From the NCBI RefSeq assembly GCF_018350175.1, contig NC_058368.1, positions 116,624,001 through 116,688,000 of the forward strand: a stretch of DNA of 64,000 nucleotides, read 5' to 3'. The stretch comes from Felis catus. Lineage: Eukaryota. Below are positions 49,194 through 62,245 of this stretch, in pieces (positions within the stretch are counted from its first letter, which is position 1; the number at the start of each line of letters is the position of its first letter). Under the pieces are notes generated by a model. The model was given only the letters and a program-made list of their open reading frames with translations. It searched no databases and was not told the DNA's origin. A program made the position numbers and the translations under genes.

Positions 49194-52100
49194 GTGAGTA
49201 CAGATTTTTAAATCCTTTCAAAAATCGTTTTTTATTCTTCAATGTTTCTGTTCTTTTGGAAACTTACGTTTTTGGTGTTAGAGTTTTCCAGGGTTTTGTG
49301 GTTAAAATATTTGAACTCCTTGTGACAAATGTTTTGAACTGAATTAGCAATAAGTACTGAGAGCCAAACTTGTAGTGTTGTTGTTGTTGTTGTTGTTGCT
49401 GCTGCTGCTGTTAATAGGTGCAGTAGTAGGATTATTTTATTGCTAAAGATAGAAACCAAATATATTTTCTTAGATGAATTGTATTGTTTAGAATATTTGA
49501 CTCCAATTGTGTTTTACTAATCCTTGCACAATGCTTCAATAGATTTTGCCACTTTTTTTTTGGAATTCCTACTAGATGTTAGTCCAAATGTCACTGGTTC
49601 ATTTTATGAGTTCACCATAAATGCTCACCACTTCTTTTGGTTAATATATCCTTAGTTTCAAATATTAGTTTACTAAGCCTGTTGTCTGTATGAAGCCTCT
49701 TTTACTCATTTATTCATTTGTCTGAAGTCTTAGTTCCTTGTTTTTACTTGAACATGATTCATTTTAGTCCTTGTGCTCACATTTGGTAATATGTTGTATT
49801 GTGGCTAGTTTCTCAATTGGGTAAAGAAAACCACACACACACACCAGAATAATAATTTTATTGGTTTAGAATTGTATCTTTAGGAGCACCTGGGTGGCTC
49901 AGTCGGTTAGTGTCCAACTCCGGCTCAGGTCCTGATCTCGCAGTTTGTGAGTTCGAGCCCCACATGGGGTTTCTGCTGACAGCTCAGAGCCTGGAGCCTG
50001 CTTCGGATTCTGTGTTTCTTTCTCTCTCTGCCCCTCCCCCGCTTGTGCTCTGTCTCTCTCTGTCTCTAAAAAATAAATGTAAAAAAAAATTAGAATTGTA
50101 TCTTTGTTCATCTTCAGTTTCTCACTACTTTAATTAGTAAGCATTGAAAAAATCAATAGTAAGTGAACTTTTATACTTCCTTCAGTGTATCTTCGTTTAG
50201 AAAACATTGGTTTTGAAAGTATATTATTAATTTTGTTAAGAATTGTTTTCCAGGGGCGCCTGGGTGGCGCAGTCGGTTAAGCGTCCGACTTCAGCCAGGT
50301 CACGATCTCGCGGTCCGTGAGTTCGAGCCCCGCGTCAGGCTCTGGGCTGATGGCTCAGAGCCTGGAGCCTGTTTCCGATTCTGTGTCTCCCTCTCTCTCT
50401 GCCCCTCCCCTGTTCATGCTCTGTCTCTCTCTGTCCCCAAAATAAATAAACGTTGAAAAAAATTTTAAAAAAATTGAAAAGGAATTGTTTTCCATCAGAT
50501 GAGGCTCCTGGGTGGCTCAGTTGGTTGGGCATCTGATTGTGGCTCAGGTCATGATCTCATGGTTTGTGGGTTCAAGCCCTGCATCGGGCTTTGTACTGAC
50601 AGCTCAGAGCCTAGAGCCTTCTTTGGATTCTGTGTCTCCTTGTCTCTCACTGCTCTTACCCTGCTTGTGTGCTCTGTCTCTCTCTAAAATAAATAAACAC
50701 TTAAAAAATTTTTTTAAATTGTTTTCTGTCAGAAAACTTTGTTGAGAATGCTGCTTTCTATCTAATTTTAAAACTACTCTACTAGCAAAACTTATTAATC
50801 ATTAACCTATTTTGCAAACACTTAGTAGTAAGGATGCTAATGTCCAAAAACTCCAGTAAGTCAATGTTATTACTTGTGACCTTCCTCTGAATACTAACCT
50901 GTCTATTAAGGTGTGTTATATAGTATGTAAACCCTCCAAATAACTGCAACCAAATTAAACAAAATGAAATTATTTTGTAGTCATTTCTCTATTTAGCATT
51001 TGATCATTTCTCCAAATAGATGGACTTCCATTCAAGTTTCCTTGCCACTGGAAACTGAACCTTAGCCATATTAGAGATTAGAAAACAAGCAATTATTTCT
51101 AAACCATGAAAGACAAAATGAAAATACTAACCTTGCTTGTGGAAGGTGAATGGGTTCCAGTGTATATAATTATATAGAATATATCCACCTGAGTTATAAC
51201 TACAACTTACTACTTCCTGTATGAGCATCCTTATCAAAACCTAGTTAATACTCAGTGACATTGTGGGCTGAAGCTAACATATACAATAGAAAGATAATCC
51301 TTTTTTCCCATTTTCATTTCAATTTCTCTCACTATCCTTTGTTGAATCCTGTCCATCAAATGTTCACCACAACATGTCCAACCTGAATTCACATGTTATT
51401 TCATTAGGCCTTATTTTCATCCTATTGTAATTATAGGGTCATGCAAAGTTTTTGTCTCCCAGGATGTGGAACATCAGTCTTCAAATCGAGCTGTCCTCTT
51501 CAAATTCTTGACTAACAAGATTCCCAGTTAATAAGACATTTCAAAGACTTTTGAGTTTTTCTCTTTAGAAATATATTGCTGCTCTACCAGATTAATACTA
51601 ATCGTTCTCACATAAATATCCTTTATATTCTTTTGTACTCCTCATCTATGCATTTAATTATTTTCTTTTTTTTTTATTTTTAAAAAAAAAATTTTTTTCA
51701 ACGTTTATTTATTTTTGGGACAGAGAGAGACAGAGCATGAATGGGGGAGGGGCAGAGAGAGGGAGACACAGAATCGGAAACAGGCTCCAGGCTCTGAGCC
51801 ATCAGCCCAGAGCCTGACGCGGGGCTCGAACTCACGGACCGCGAGATCGTGACCTGGCTGAAGTCGGACGCTTAACCGACTGCGCCACCCAGGCGCCCCG
51901 CATTTAATTATTTTCAAAATAAAGTAAATGGACAGGGAGTCTTTTCCGTTGTCTTCCAGTGTGTTTGACATGTGTGATCATTTTTTGCAAAACTACAGTT
52001 TGGGTCCTCAGACAGAGGAACAATGCTAATTGATGTTTTAATGCAGAAAAGGATATTTTTGTGTGAGTGTGGCTCTTCATAGAATGGAAGCCTAAAGCCA

Positions 52101-53688
52101 AAAGCCATTTTCAGTAGATTGATATTTTGTCCTAGACAACCATGAGGGAAAGAGGTTTGTGAATATAATAGGCAAAGAAAGCTTGAAAATAATTATCATT
52201 AAAAAAGAAAAGAATTATGTCCTTTTATGTTAAGTTTCCTTATGTTAGGAAAATATATTGTGCTCTAGTTATTGAGAATTCTTCATTGGCTATTAAAACT
52301 CAGATGTCTCTAAGGTCATGACTGCCAAAAAGCCAAATGAAACTAAGCTAAAATCCAGGTTTTCACTATGCAAATTGAAATATATCTTAATTAGGGCATC
52401 ATATAAGGAAAATATTTTTGTATCTCTGGAAAATAACAGACGCTGCTGCTGAGACATCATATTTGCCTAACTAGCTTTGTGACCACCTTAACTTAATGCA
52501 TTTTATTAGGCAATTGAAGAGAACCAAATCATTCTATTAGGTAAATATTCAGGAAATACCTGGTATGTATTCTGAGCTCTTAAACTAATAAGATACAACT
52601 ATTCTCTTTAAAAGTTTGTATTTTATAAAAGAAGGCTCCAGCTATTTGGATCTTTGTACTTATTACATGACACTCCTGTCATTAGACATACATACCCAAA
52701 TGGCTAAAAAGGATAAATTAATGTAATAAATGGCCCAAGTGATTCAGTCTGTATGCTATAGTATATAAAAGAGAGTAAAAGTACCTGCTCAATTGGTTTA
52801 ATCATGAAAGTCTTCATTTCATTGGTCAAGAAAATTTTTAATGGTATAAAGTGGGGGAAATTGCTGTATGAGGCATTTGGAAAAGATGGATCGTACTTAT
52901 GAGGATGAATGATTATGTTTATTTGGTGAAAAATATTGTTGGAAGCCAGAAGTTGCCCACTAGGACTAAAATACATGAGCACAGTACAAGAAAATAGAAA
53001 TGTATGTACACTAGACACTGGAGAACAGGCAAGTATTTATAAATCATAAGAGACAAATTGAGAATACCAATCTTGATTGTTGGAGGTGAGTGTATTTGTT
53101 AATAAAATTATTTGGAATACTTTCCCACACGAATTATATATTACAACATCATAGTTCCTTCTTAAAGCTCTTTGCACCTTCAGCCCTGAGGTGAATTAAT
53201 GAAGACTTTCAGTTAAGTGCTGGTAATTTCTGCTTCCTTTTTCAGACATTTTAAAACATCCCTTTCAAAGACTTATTCTTGGCATTGGAGGTTTCCTAGT
53301 TCAGAGGGTTCTCTGAAGTCTTCAACACCAGAAATATGAAATACAAAGATCAAAAGTGTGTCATCATTAATAACTATTTCCCCCCATTTTCAGGAACACA
53401 TATAATCAGTCAAGAATTTTCCTAATCAACACTTAACAATCCTGTTTGCAAAATGTGTTTTAACTCCAGTTGGGTCTCTATAAATAGTTAAAACCTGTAT
53501 GAAAAAAGGATTTCCACTGAAGTAAAAGTTGCCCCTGTGGTGAAACTAAGGGTCACATTCAATCAGAGGTACAAAACGTGTAACTTAGTAGCACAAAATG
53601 TGTTGCTATTCTCCAACAGCATTAAAGTACGCGGAATGGCAAAAGAGTAAGACTGAGCAGAATCAGAATTTATTACTTACGGTTTGGA

Positions 53689-53713
53689 GCCACATGATGT
53701 CGCTCTGTACCAT
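53689..53713 (+). promoter_or_regulatory. CSE / pCBS of PCDHA4 copy 2
   Basis: Identical to 29329-29353. Confidence 0.9.
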
Positions 53714-53879
53714 AAAATTGTTCTGCTAGAGAAAAAGAATATCCCTTCTGTTATAAAGAAGCTGCATCCACCATTCAGATAGAAATGGAGGATACATCGG
53801 CATAGACTGAACGGTTAGAAGATATTTCTTGATTTTGAAACGAGATCCCTTAATGAAAACAAAGCACTGCGGGCTCGAG

Positions 53880-56267
53880 ATGGAGTTTTCCTGGGCAAGC
53901 GGCCAGGAATCCAAGCGTCTGCTGCTCTCACTTCTATTCCTCGCAGCCTGGAGGGCGGGGAGTGGCCAGGTCCACTACTCGGTCCCGGAGGAGGCCAAAC
54001 ACGGCACCTTCGTGGGGCGGATCGCTCAGGACTTGGGGCTGGAGCTGGCGGAGCTGGTGCCACGCCTGTTCCGGGTGGCGTCCAAAGGCCAGGGGGACCT
54101 TCTGGAGGTAAATCTGCAGAATGGCATTTTGTTTGTGAATTCTCGCATCGACCGCGAGGAGCTTTGCGGGCGGAACCTGGAGTGCAGCATCCATCTGGAG
54201 GTGATCGTGGACAGGCCGCTGCAGGTTTTCCATGTGGAGGTGGAGGTGAAGGACATTAATGACAATCCTCCTGTGTTCCCCGGGACACAAAAGAATCTAT
54301 TTATGGCGGAATCCAGGCCTATTGACACTCGGTTTCCACTAGAGGGCGCATCGGATGCAGATATCCGGGCCAACGCTATGCTGACCTACACACTGAGCCC
54401 CAATGAATATTTCTCGCTGGAAAAGCCGTCCGATGACGAGCGGGTAAAACGTCTTGGACTACTACTAAGGAAATCTTTAGACAGGGAAGAAGCTCCAGAA
54501 ATTTTTTTAGTGCTCACAGCCACTGATGGCGGCAAACCTGAGCTGACTGGAACCGTTCAGTTACACATCAAAGTGCTGGACGCCAATGACAACGCCCCAG
54601 CTTTTGACAGAACACTCTATGAGGTGAAAGTACAAGAAAATGTTTCTAATGGAACGTTGGTAATGAAACTAAACGCCTCAGATTTAGATGAAGGCTCGAA
54701 TGCAGACATTATTTATTCATTCTCAACTGATATTTTACCAAATGTAGAATCCAAGTTTCACATAGATCCAATTACTGGAGAAATTATGGTAAAGGGATAT
54801 ATCGATTTTGAAGAAAGAAAATTCTATGAAATTCTTGTAGAGGGTATTGATAAAGGACAGCCCCCTCTCTCTGGCCATTGTACAGTTATGGTGGAAGTCG
54901 AGGACACCAACGATAATGTTCCAGTAATGGAATTCAAGTCCCTGTCACTCCCAATCAGAGAAGATGCTCCACTAGGCACGGTCATCGCCTTGATCAGCGT
55001 GCATGACCTCGATTCTGGTGCCAATGGGCAGGTGACCTGCACCCTGTCACCCCATGTCCCCTTCAAGCTGGTGTCCACCTTCAAGAATTACTATTCGCTG
55101 GTGCTGGACAGCGCCCTGGACCGCGAGAGCGTGGCGAGCTATGAGCTGCTGGTGACCGCACGGGACGGGGGCTCGCCTTCGCTGTCGGCCACGGCCAGCG
55201 TGTCCGTGGAAGTGGCCGACGTGAACGACAACGCGCCGACATTCGCGCAGGCCGAGTACACGGTGTTCGTGAAGGAGAACAACCCTCCCGGCTGCCACAT
55301 CTTCACGGTGTCCGCGCGGGACGCGGACGCGCAGGAGAACGCGCTGGTGTCCTACTCGCTGGTGGAGCGGCGGGTGGGCGAGCGTGCGCTGTCGAGCTAC
55401 GTGTCGGTGCACGCGGAGAGCGGCAAGGTGTACGCGCTGCAGCCGCTGGACCACGAGGAGCTGGAGCTGCTGCAGTTCCAAGTGAGCGCGCGCGACGCGG
55501 GCGTGCCCCCGCTGGGCAGCAACGTGACGCTGCAGGTGTTCGTGCTGGACGAGAACGACAACGCGCCCGCGCTGCTGCCGCTGCCTGGGGCGGGCGGCGC
55601 GGGCGGCGCCGTGAGCGAGCTGGTGTGGCGGTCGGTGGGCGCGGGCCACGTGGTGGCGAAGGTGCGCGCGGTGGACGCGGACTCGGGCTACAACGCGTGG
55701 CTGTCGTACGAGCTGCAGCCGGCGGCGGGTGGCGCGCGCAGCCCGTTCCGCGTGGCGCTGTACACGGGCGAGATCAGCACGACGCGCAGCCTGGACGAGG
55801 CGGACTCGCCGCGCCAGCGCCTGCTGGTGCTGGTGAGGGACCACGGCGAGCCGGCGCTGACGGCCACGGCCACCGTGCTGCTGTCGCTGGTGGAGAGCGG
55901 CCAGGCGCCCAAGGCCTCGTCGCGGGTGTTGGCGGGCGCCGCTGGCGCGGAGACGGCGCTGGTGGATGTCAACGTGTACCTGATCATCGCCATCTGCGCG
56001 GTGTCCAGCCTGCTGGTGCTCACGCTGCTGCTGTACGTGGCGCTGCGGTGCTCGGCGCCGCCCAGCGAGGGCGCGTGCGGGCCGGGGAAGCCCACGCTGG
56101 TGTGTTCCAGCGCGGTGGGGAGCTGGTCGTACTCGCAGCAGAGGCGGCAGAGGGTGTGCTCTGGGGAGGGTCCGCCCAAGACCGACCTCATGGCCTTTAG
56201 TCCCAGTATACCTGACTCTAGGGACAGAGAGGATCTGCAGCCAGCAACTGGAGATTCCCTTTCAAAG
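53880..56267 (+). CDS. PCDHA4: Protocadherin-alpha 4 variable exon (copy 2, with PCDHA4-type tail)
   Basis: Protein identical to the 29520 exon up to MAFSPS; tail [20 protein letters not shown] resembles recalled PCDHA4. Donor AAG|GTTAGT at 56268. Confidence 0.88.
54336..54349 (+). promoter_or_regulatory. Exonic CTCF site (eCBS) in PCDHA4 copy 2
   Basis: CCACTAGAGGGCGC. Confidence 0.75.
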
Positions 56268-56819
56268 GTTAGTTTTAAATATCTTTTAGTTAACCTGAAT
56301 TATTTAAAGTTTTACTTTCCTTTATTCTATCAATTTCTTCCTAATTAAAAAATGTTTACAGTGAAATTTCTCTGACATGCTTCTTCACTTGTTTTGTACC
56401 CAGTTTAGCTAATATCTTTTAGAAATATGGGACCCCAAGGCAATATATGTTGTCTTCATTATTCAATGCATATTTATATAATTAATGTTATAAATTTTGT
56501 GCTTACCATCTTCACTATTTATTTTCAGTTGTAATCAACACTTGAGAGAACCTTTTCCTTTCATTTGCCTATAATACATTGAAAAGTGCCCAGATATAAT
56601 AATATAACTCAATCAATTATTTGAAAGCGAAACTTTTATTTCTTCTGTTCTCTGGCACAGAGAACAAACCCAAGCCTCTTGTTAGTTCTCTGGCAACGCT
56701 TGTGATGTGTGTGGCTCACAGGCCTTCCCGGGGATTGTGACTCAGGCTTCTGACCAGATGCTGCTTCTGTCTGGCCCCCTGCGCTTAAGGTTACTCTCTG
56801 TCCAGGATCGGTCTGTTGG

Positions 56820-56990
56820 TATTTTTGTTTTTAATGTTTCTTTTTAAGCGTTATTTATTTTTGAGAGAGAGAAACAGAGTGTGAGGGGGGAGGAACAGGG
56901 AGAGAGGGAGACACAGCCTCCCGTTCTACTTAAGAAGCTACTTAAATTTGGGGCACCATCTGACTTCTGCTTAGGTCCTGATCTCATGGT

Positions 56991-57040
<50 letters not shown>

Positions 57041-57103
57041 TCCTCGTGGGATTCTCTCTCTCTGCCCCTCACTCACTTGCATCCTCTTTCTCTCTCAAAA
57101 AAC
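56820..57103. mobile_element. Two partial Can-SINEs (minus-strand 3' part 56820-56915; internally deleted plus copy 56949-57103)
   Basis: TSD aagctacttaaat around the plus copy; (CT)n at 56994-57038. Confidence 0.75.
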
Positions 57104-57455
57104 AAAGCTACTTAAATGAACCTCCAAAATAACTTTTCCTTATTTCTCCCCAAATGTAGCCAGTTTTAACTCTATAACTGTTACTAGTTTTTACCTGTTT
57201 CTTGTGCTTTATCTAAATATAATTGCACAAAATGTGTTATGTGTGTGCCTGTGTTTGTGTGTTCTTCATATTTATCATTCATCATTCTCTGGAATCATCC
57301 ATATTGCTGTGTGTAGTTGGAATTCATTTAATTTGTTTTCTCTCCAGTAGTTTATGACTATATTATGAGTAATTTTCCCATTGTTGAGCATTTTGAATTG
57401 TTTCTCCTTTATGTCTGCTTCAAATAATGCTATCATAAATATATTCCAAAATTTT

Positions 57456-57636
57456 GGGGTGCCTGGGTGGCTCACTCAGTTGAGCGACTGACTCTGGATC
57501 TTGGCTCAGGTCATGATTTTACGGTTCATGGGTTTGAGCCCTGCATCCTCACGGAGCCTGCTTGGAATTCTGTCCTCTCTGTCCCTCACCTGCTTGTGCT
57601 CTCTCTCTCTCAAAATAAATAAATAAACTTAAAAAA
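57456..57636 (+). mobile_element. Can-SINE (within old L1-like sequence)
   Basis: ggggtgcctgggtggctc head, aaataaataa tail. Confidence 0.88.
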
Positions 57637-58319
57637 TATTTTCAGTGCCCATGTACACAGAATTGAAATTAGAACATAAAATATTTGCATAGATTCATCT
57701 TTAATATACAAAACAGATTTCCCAAATGTTTTTTATCCATTTACACTGTGCTAACAGTGTATTGCTCTACATCATCTCCCTAATTGGGCATTGTCAGATT
57801 GTCTATGTAGTTGCTATTTTGCTGGGTGTGTTTAGTATTTCCATGTTGTGTTTCCTGATTTATAAATGAGGTTGAGCACCTGTTTGTATTATTGGCCATT
57901 TTATATCTTATGTATACAATTGCTGTTTGAGTCTCTGCCTATTTTTCTACTGTGTTGCATTTTTGCTTGCTTTTTGAAAATTTCATATATTCTGGATATA
58001 ACAACTTTCTTCCTTTTGCATTCTTCTCCTCTTCATTATTTTATCTTTTGGTGAATAGAAATTTTAAATTTCAGTTAAGTTCAATTTATCAATCTTTTCA
58101 TTTTTATTCTATGTCATGTAGATAATTTCTTTGGTATGTTTTGTTTCATTGTTCACATAAGATATGCATCCTTTTTTGATTTTTTTTTTGTCTTTTGTGA
58201 CATAGGGGTCAAGATTAATTTTCCCCAATGACATTCAACTGAAACAGCACCATTTCTTAAAAATGAATTCCACGTTTTGATAAAATATCCATTATATGGG
58301 TATGATCTTTTTTGTTCTA

Positions 58320-58538
58320 TTTTTTTTAAATTTTTTTAATGTTTATTTATTTCTGAGGCAGAGAGAGACAGAGCATGAGTGGGGGAGGGTCAGAGAGAGA
58401 GGGAGACACAGAATCAGAAGCAGGCTCTAGGCTCTGAGCTGGCAGCACAGAGCCCGATGTCAGGCTTGAACTCACAAACCGTGAGATCATGACCTGAGCC
58501 GGTGGGTCGCTCAACCAACTGAGCCACCCAGGCGCCCC
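58320..58538 (-). mobile_element. Can-SINE
   Basis: cccaggcgcccc end; TSD tgttcta. Confidence 0.9.
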
Positions 58539-58694
58539 TGTTCTAATTTTTTTGACTTAAAAACATTTTTTTTACATCAATGCCATGTTACCTCTTCCAT
58601 TTCCACCTAAATTTGTATATAAATTTCATAAGAACAATTTGGCGAGGTTTTAATTTGGATTGCATTAAGTCTATTTAGAAATGTGAAGCATGTT

Positions 58695-58907
58695 GGGGTG
58701 CCTGGGTGGCGCGGTCGGTTAAGCGTCCGACTTCAGCCAGGTCACGATCTCGCGGTCTGTGAGTTCAAGCCCCGCGTCAGGCTCTGGGCTGATGGCTCAG
58801 AGCCTGGAGCATGTTTCCGATTCTGTGTCTCCCTCTCTCTCTGCCCCTCCCCCGTTCATGCTCTGTCTCTCTCTGTCCCAAAAATAAATAAATGTTGAAA
58901 AAAAAAA
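58695..58907 (+). mobile_element. Young feline-type Can-SINE
   Basis: TSD agaaatgtgaagcatgtt. Confidence 0.94.
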
Positions 58908-59159
58908 AGAAATGTGAAGCATGTTGACATCTTTACAAAAATGAGTCAATTCATGAGCATGGTCTATTTATCTAAATAATCTTAATATTTCTTAATAATT
59001 CGTAATGTTTCTTACTATTTCACAATTTTCTGTATAGAGGTCCTTTACATATTTCACTAGATTTATTTTTAGCTGTTGACATTGGTAATCATGATAGATA
59101 TCAGCTCTAAGTTAAATTTTATTCTGTTTAATAATGGCACATGTGGATGTATGGTGTGG

Positions 59160-59382
59160 TTTGTTTTTGTTTTTGTTTTTTTTTTTAATGTTTATTTTGA
59201 GAGAGAGAGAAAGAGTGAGAGTGAGTGTGGGGGAGGGATTGAGAGGGAGGAAAAGAGAGAATCCCAAGAAAACTCCACACTGTCAAGGCAGAGGCCAACA
59301 TGGAACTTGATGTCTTGAACCCATGAGATCATGACCTAAGCCAAAGTCAGACTCTTAACCGACTGAACCACTCAGGTGCCCC
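59160..59382 (-). mobile_element. Older Can-SINE
   Basis: Degenerate body; caggtgcccc end. Confidence 0.82.
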
Positions 59383-59558
59383 TAGAATAATTTTTAGTAA
59401 TTAATTTTTTTGTCAAATTTGGTGCAGCAGCATAAATTATTTATAAATCTCTAAAAGACTGCTTCAACTTCATCTGTTATTTTTGGGCAGTGTGGTAGAC
59501 TTTTGTAAACTTTTACAAATAGCAGAGAAATATAGCTTAATAAAATTTTATTCTGGAG

Positions 59559-59767
59559 GATTTTTTTAGTGTTTATTTTTGAAGGAGAGAGGGACAGAGC
59601 ATGAGCGGGGGAGGGGCAGAGAGAGAGGAAGACACAGAATACTAAGTGTGCTCCCCGGCTCTGAGCTGTCAGCACAGAGCCTGATGCAGGGCTTGAATTC
59701 ACCAGCCGTGAGATCATGACCTGAGCCTAAGTCGGACCCTTAACTGACTGAGCCACCCAGGTGCCTC
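59559..59767 (-). mobile_element. Can-SINE
   Basis: TSD tattctggag. Confidence 0.9.
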
Positions 59768-62000
59768 TATTCTGGAGTTTTGTAGGTAATGAATGATATC
59801 TAGACTCCAATGCAAAATTAAATTTTCTAGTGTAACATCTTCCTGAATGCTTCCCATTATGTTAAGTAGAGATACCTCAAAACTCTATCTGGTTTTCTTA
59901 ACCTAAATTCATTGTCAAGGAAGGAGTTTTCTTTCTGTATCAAGGTTTAAATATAACTAAAATTTTTAGAGAAACTAGCAAATGAAAGGATCAGTTAATA
60001 AGGTAACCTATAATATTTGATTGAAATAATGGTTTGGAAAAAGATCTAAAGAATTTTCTTTACCTGTGGTGTTGTCTATGGAATTAAGAGCAGAGAGTCT
60101 ATAACTATTGAGAACTTAACCACCCGAAAGAGATGAGAATTGAAAGACAAATGCAAGGCGATAATCCAAAAACTTAGTATTTTTGAACAGATGTGAAGAT
60201 GGATGTCAGGAGTCTTGTTTTCCCCTGAAATTTCTCTATGAAAAAAATCACAAACTAAAAGAAGCATATGATACTGTTGATGCCATTTTTTCCTTTGTGT
60301 ATACTTTCAAAATATTTAAATATATACTGAAAATACTCTATAAATTACCATGCATACATAGTTAACATCACACTGTCAGTTTGACAGTTAAATACTTGAC
60401 ATTTACTTTTTTCAAAAGTAAGTCTATTTATAATATATTTTTGGAGTTTCACATCAGTCATGGTTCTATAATAGAAGGTAAATCAACCTTAACATGATAT
60501 TTTCAACATACTTATCATTTTTTTGTTTTTTTACTTTTGTATATTAAACTGGATTCAAATTATCATTATCAGGAACAGATAAGTAATCTTGAAATTTTAA
60601 ATTTCTTTAGTGTTTGGGTGATCTGAGGGCTGAGAGAAAAGCCATGTTAGTAGAGAGAATAAGAACTTTTGAAAAACTAAAGGGAATGGTAAATGTACTG
60701 TTAAATATTATATAAGAACTGTATCCAGTAACATTATCCTGTATCTTTACTACTTTGAACACTGGGAAGCAAGTGTATTTCAAATGACTTTGTATTTTCT
60801 ACTAAATTCTTATTTATCTTCTATTTTTTGTATTACACTTTTCCACATTTGTTTTATACTTTGACCCAAAAATAATACTTCAATCTCATATATCACTTAA
60901 ACCAAACCTAAGGAACAAATTTGGGGTTTATGCTTTATATATTCAAGGATCAAATAATAGAATTATTGATCCCCTGGACCCTATGTCTTCATAGGTAAGG
61001 CATATTTTTTAATATTTATGGAATTCTAGGGAGTATATATACAAGCAGAAGTTTAAATACTTTTTCAGTGGAAAAAATTTGTGACATTTTCTTTTGGGAC
61101 ATTTCCTTCTGACCATATTTATAAGTAAGTCCAAGTGGTATCATGCAGCAGATGAACTGGATGATTAAAAAGAGATGAAATTAACATAGAGTTAGTCCAG
61201 TTAATAATGTGATTTCTATCTTTTAATTTTTACCGGAACCCACACTTTTTATGGAGTAGTGTATCCACAAACAATATTAGTAGTTTGATTTGCTGCATAA
61301 AAGCAAAGATATGTGCTTTCACAATTAGTATCAACTGTGACTTATCAGGAATGCAAGCTGAAGAAATGCTGCCTAGATGCATCTAATTCAAAAAATGGTG
61401 TCAAGATGTTGACCAAGTCATGCTATGATTTTGGCCTCTAGAAAATGCAAATCTCCAAATTATGATTTTTTTTTAGTCAGCAGTTAAAAGTAGGTGATAT
61501 ATAGAGAAATTAAAAAATGGATTTTTAGCAATTTGAATATCAGACTTCCAAAAGGGAACTCAGACAAGAATGCTATTCAAATAGTTTGTTACGTTGAAAA
61601 TAACAAGTCAATATTAAATACTGCAAATAGGAATATAAATGTTTCATGAGTAATGTAGAAGTAGTTACAAACATCCCATCAAAATAATAGAAAACACTCA
61701 AGAAATTTCACAAGATATATTTAAATATGCAAATAAATGAAAAACTAAAGCTTTTAAAGTTAGTTAGGAATTCTATAAAGAATAGACCAATACAAATTAC
61801 TCTAGTAAACATTGGTGTGGCATGATTAAAGTAGAATGGATTTTGCAATATTTTCATGAAAACTGATACCCTTTATTGTAACATTAATGTTACATTTTGA
61901 TTAGAGAGAAGGAAAATAAAGAATTCCTAAGAGTCATTGAAATTTGGAAATATTTAACGAATGGAAACAAAGCATAACAAAGTAAAAGCTCACCCTTCCG

Positions 62001-62025
62001 TCCACATGATGGCGCTGGAAACCGC
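62001..62025 (+). promoter_or_regulatory. CSE / pCBS of PCDHA5 (GATGGCGCT variant)
   Basis: TCCACATGATGGCGCTGGAAACCGC; CGCT at 62013. Confidence 0.85.
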
Positions 62026-62245
62026 AAGTTTGGTGGTGGTGGTTTTTTTTTTTTTTCCCCCCGAAAAAGGAATACAGTGAGTTTATTTTCCTTAGACAGA
62101 AAGGAAAAAGGCCACTCCATTTTTTGCTCTGATGCTGAAGCTGAAAAGGTGAGCAAATAAAAAATTATAGCAAATTGGAAATTATGTTTCCAAAAGCTAT
62201 CGTGTGGTAGTGCAATAGACATTTGAAAATTGCAACGAATTTGCG

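Larger units (their letters stand above)
48157..56131 (+). repeat. ~8 kb segmental duplication, copy 2 (includes duplicates of four SINEs at ~49883-50090, 50253-50480, 50499-50718, 51661-51899)
   Basis: Identical to copy 1 except one difference found, 30665 C vs 55025 T. Confidence 0.97.

Noticed and set aside
60372..60388. Short inverted repeat ACTGTCA-gtt-TGACAGT
   Set aside because: A 7 bp stem is expected by chance in 64 kb.
14757..62025. Recurring ~25 bp motif as a possible CRISPR repeat or recombination signal
   Set aside because: Kilobase spacing and a fixed position before each ATG identify it as the known CSE promoter element.
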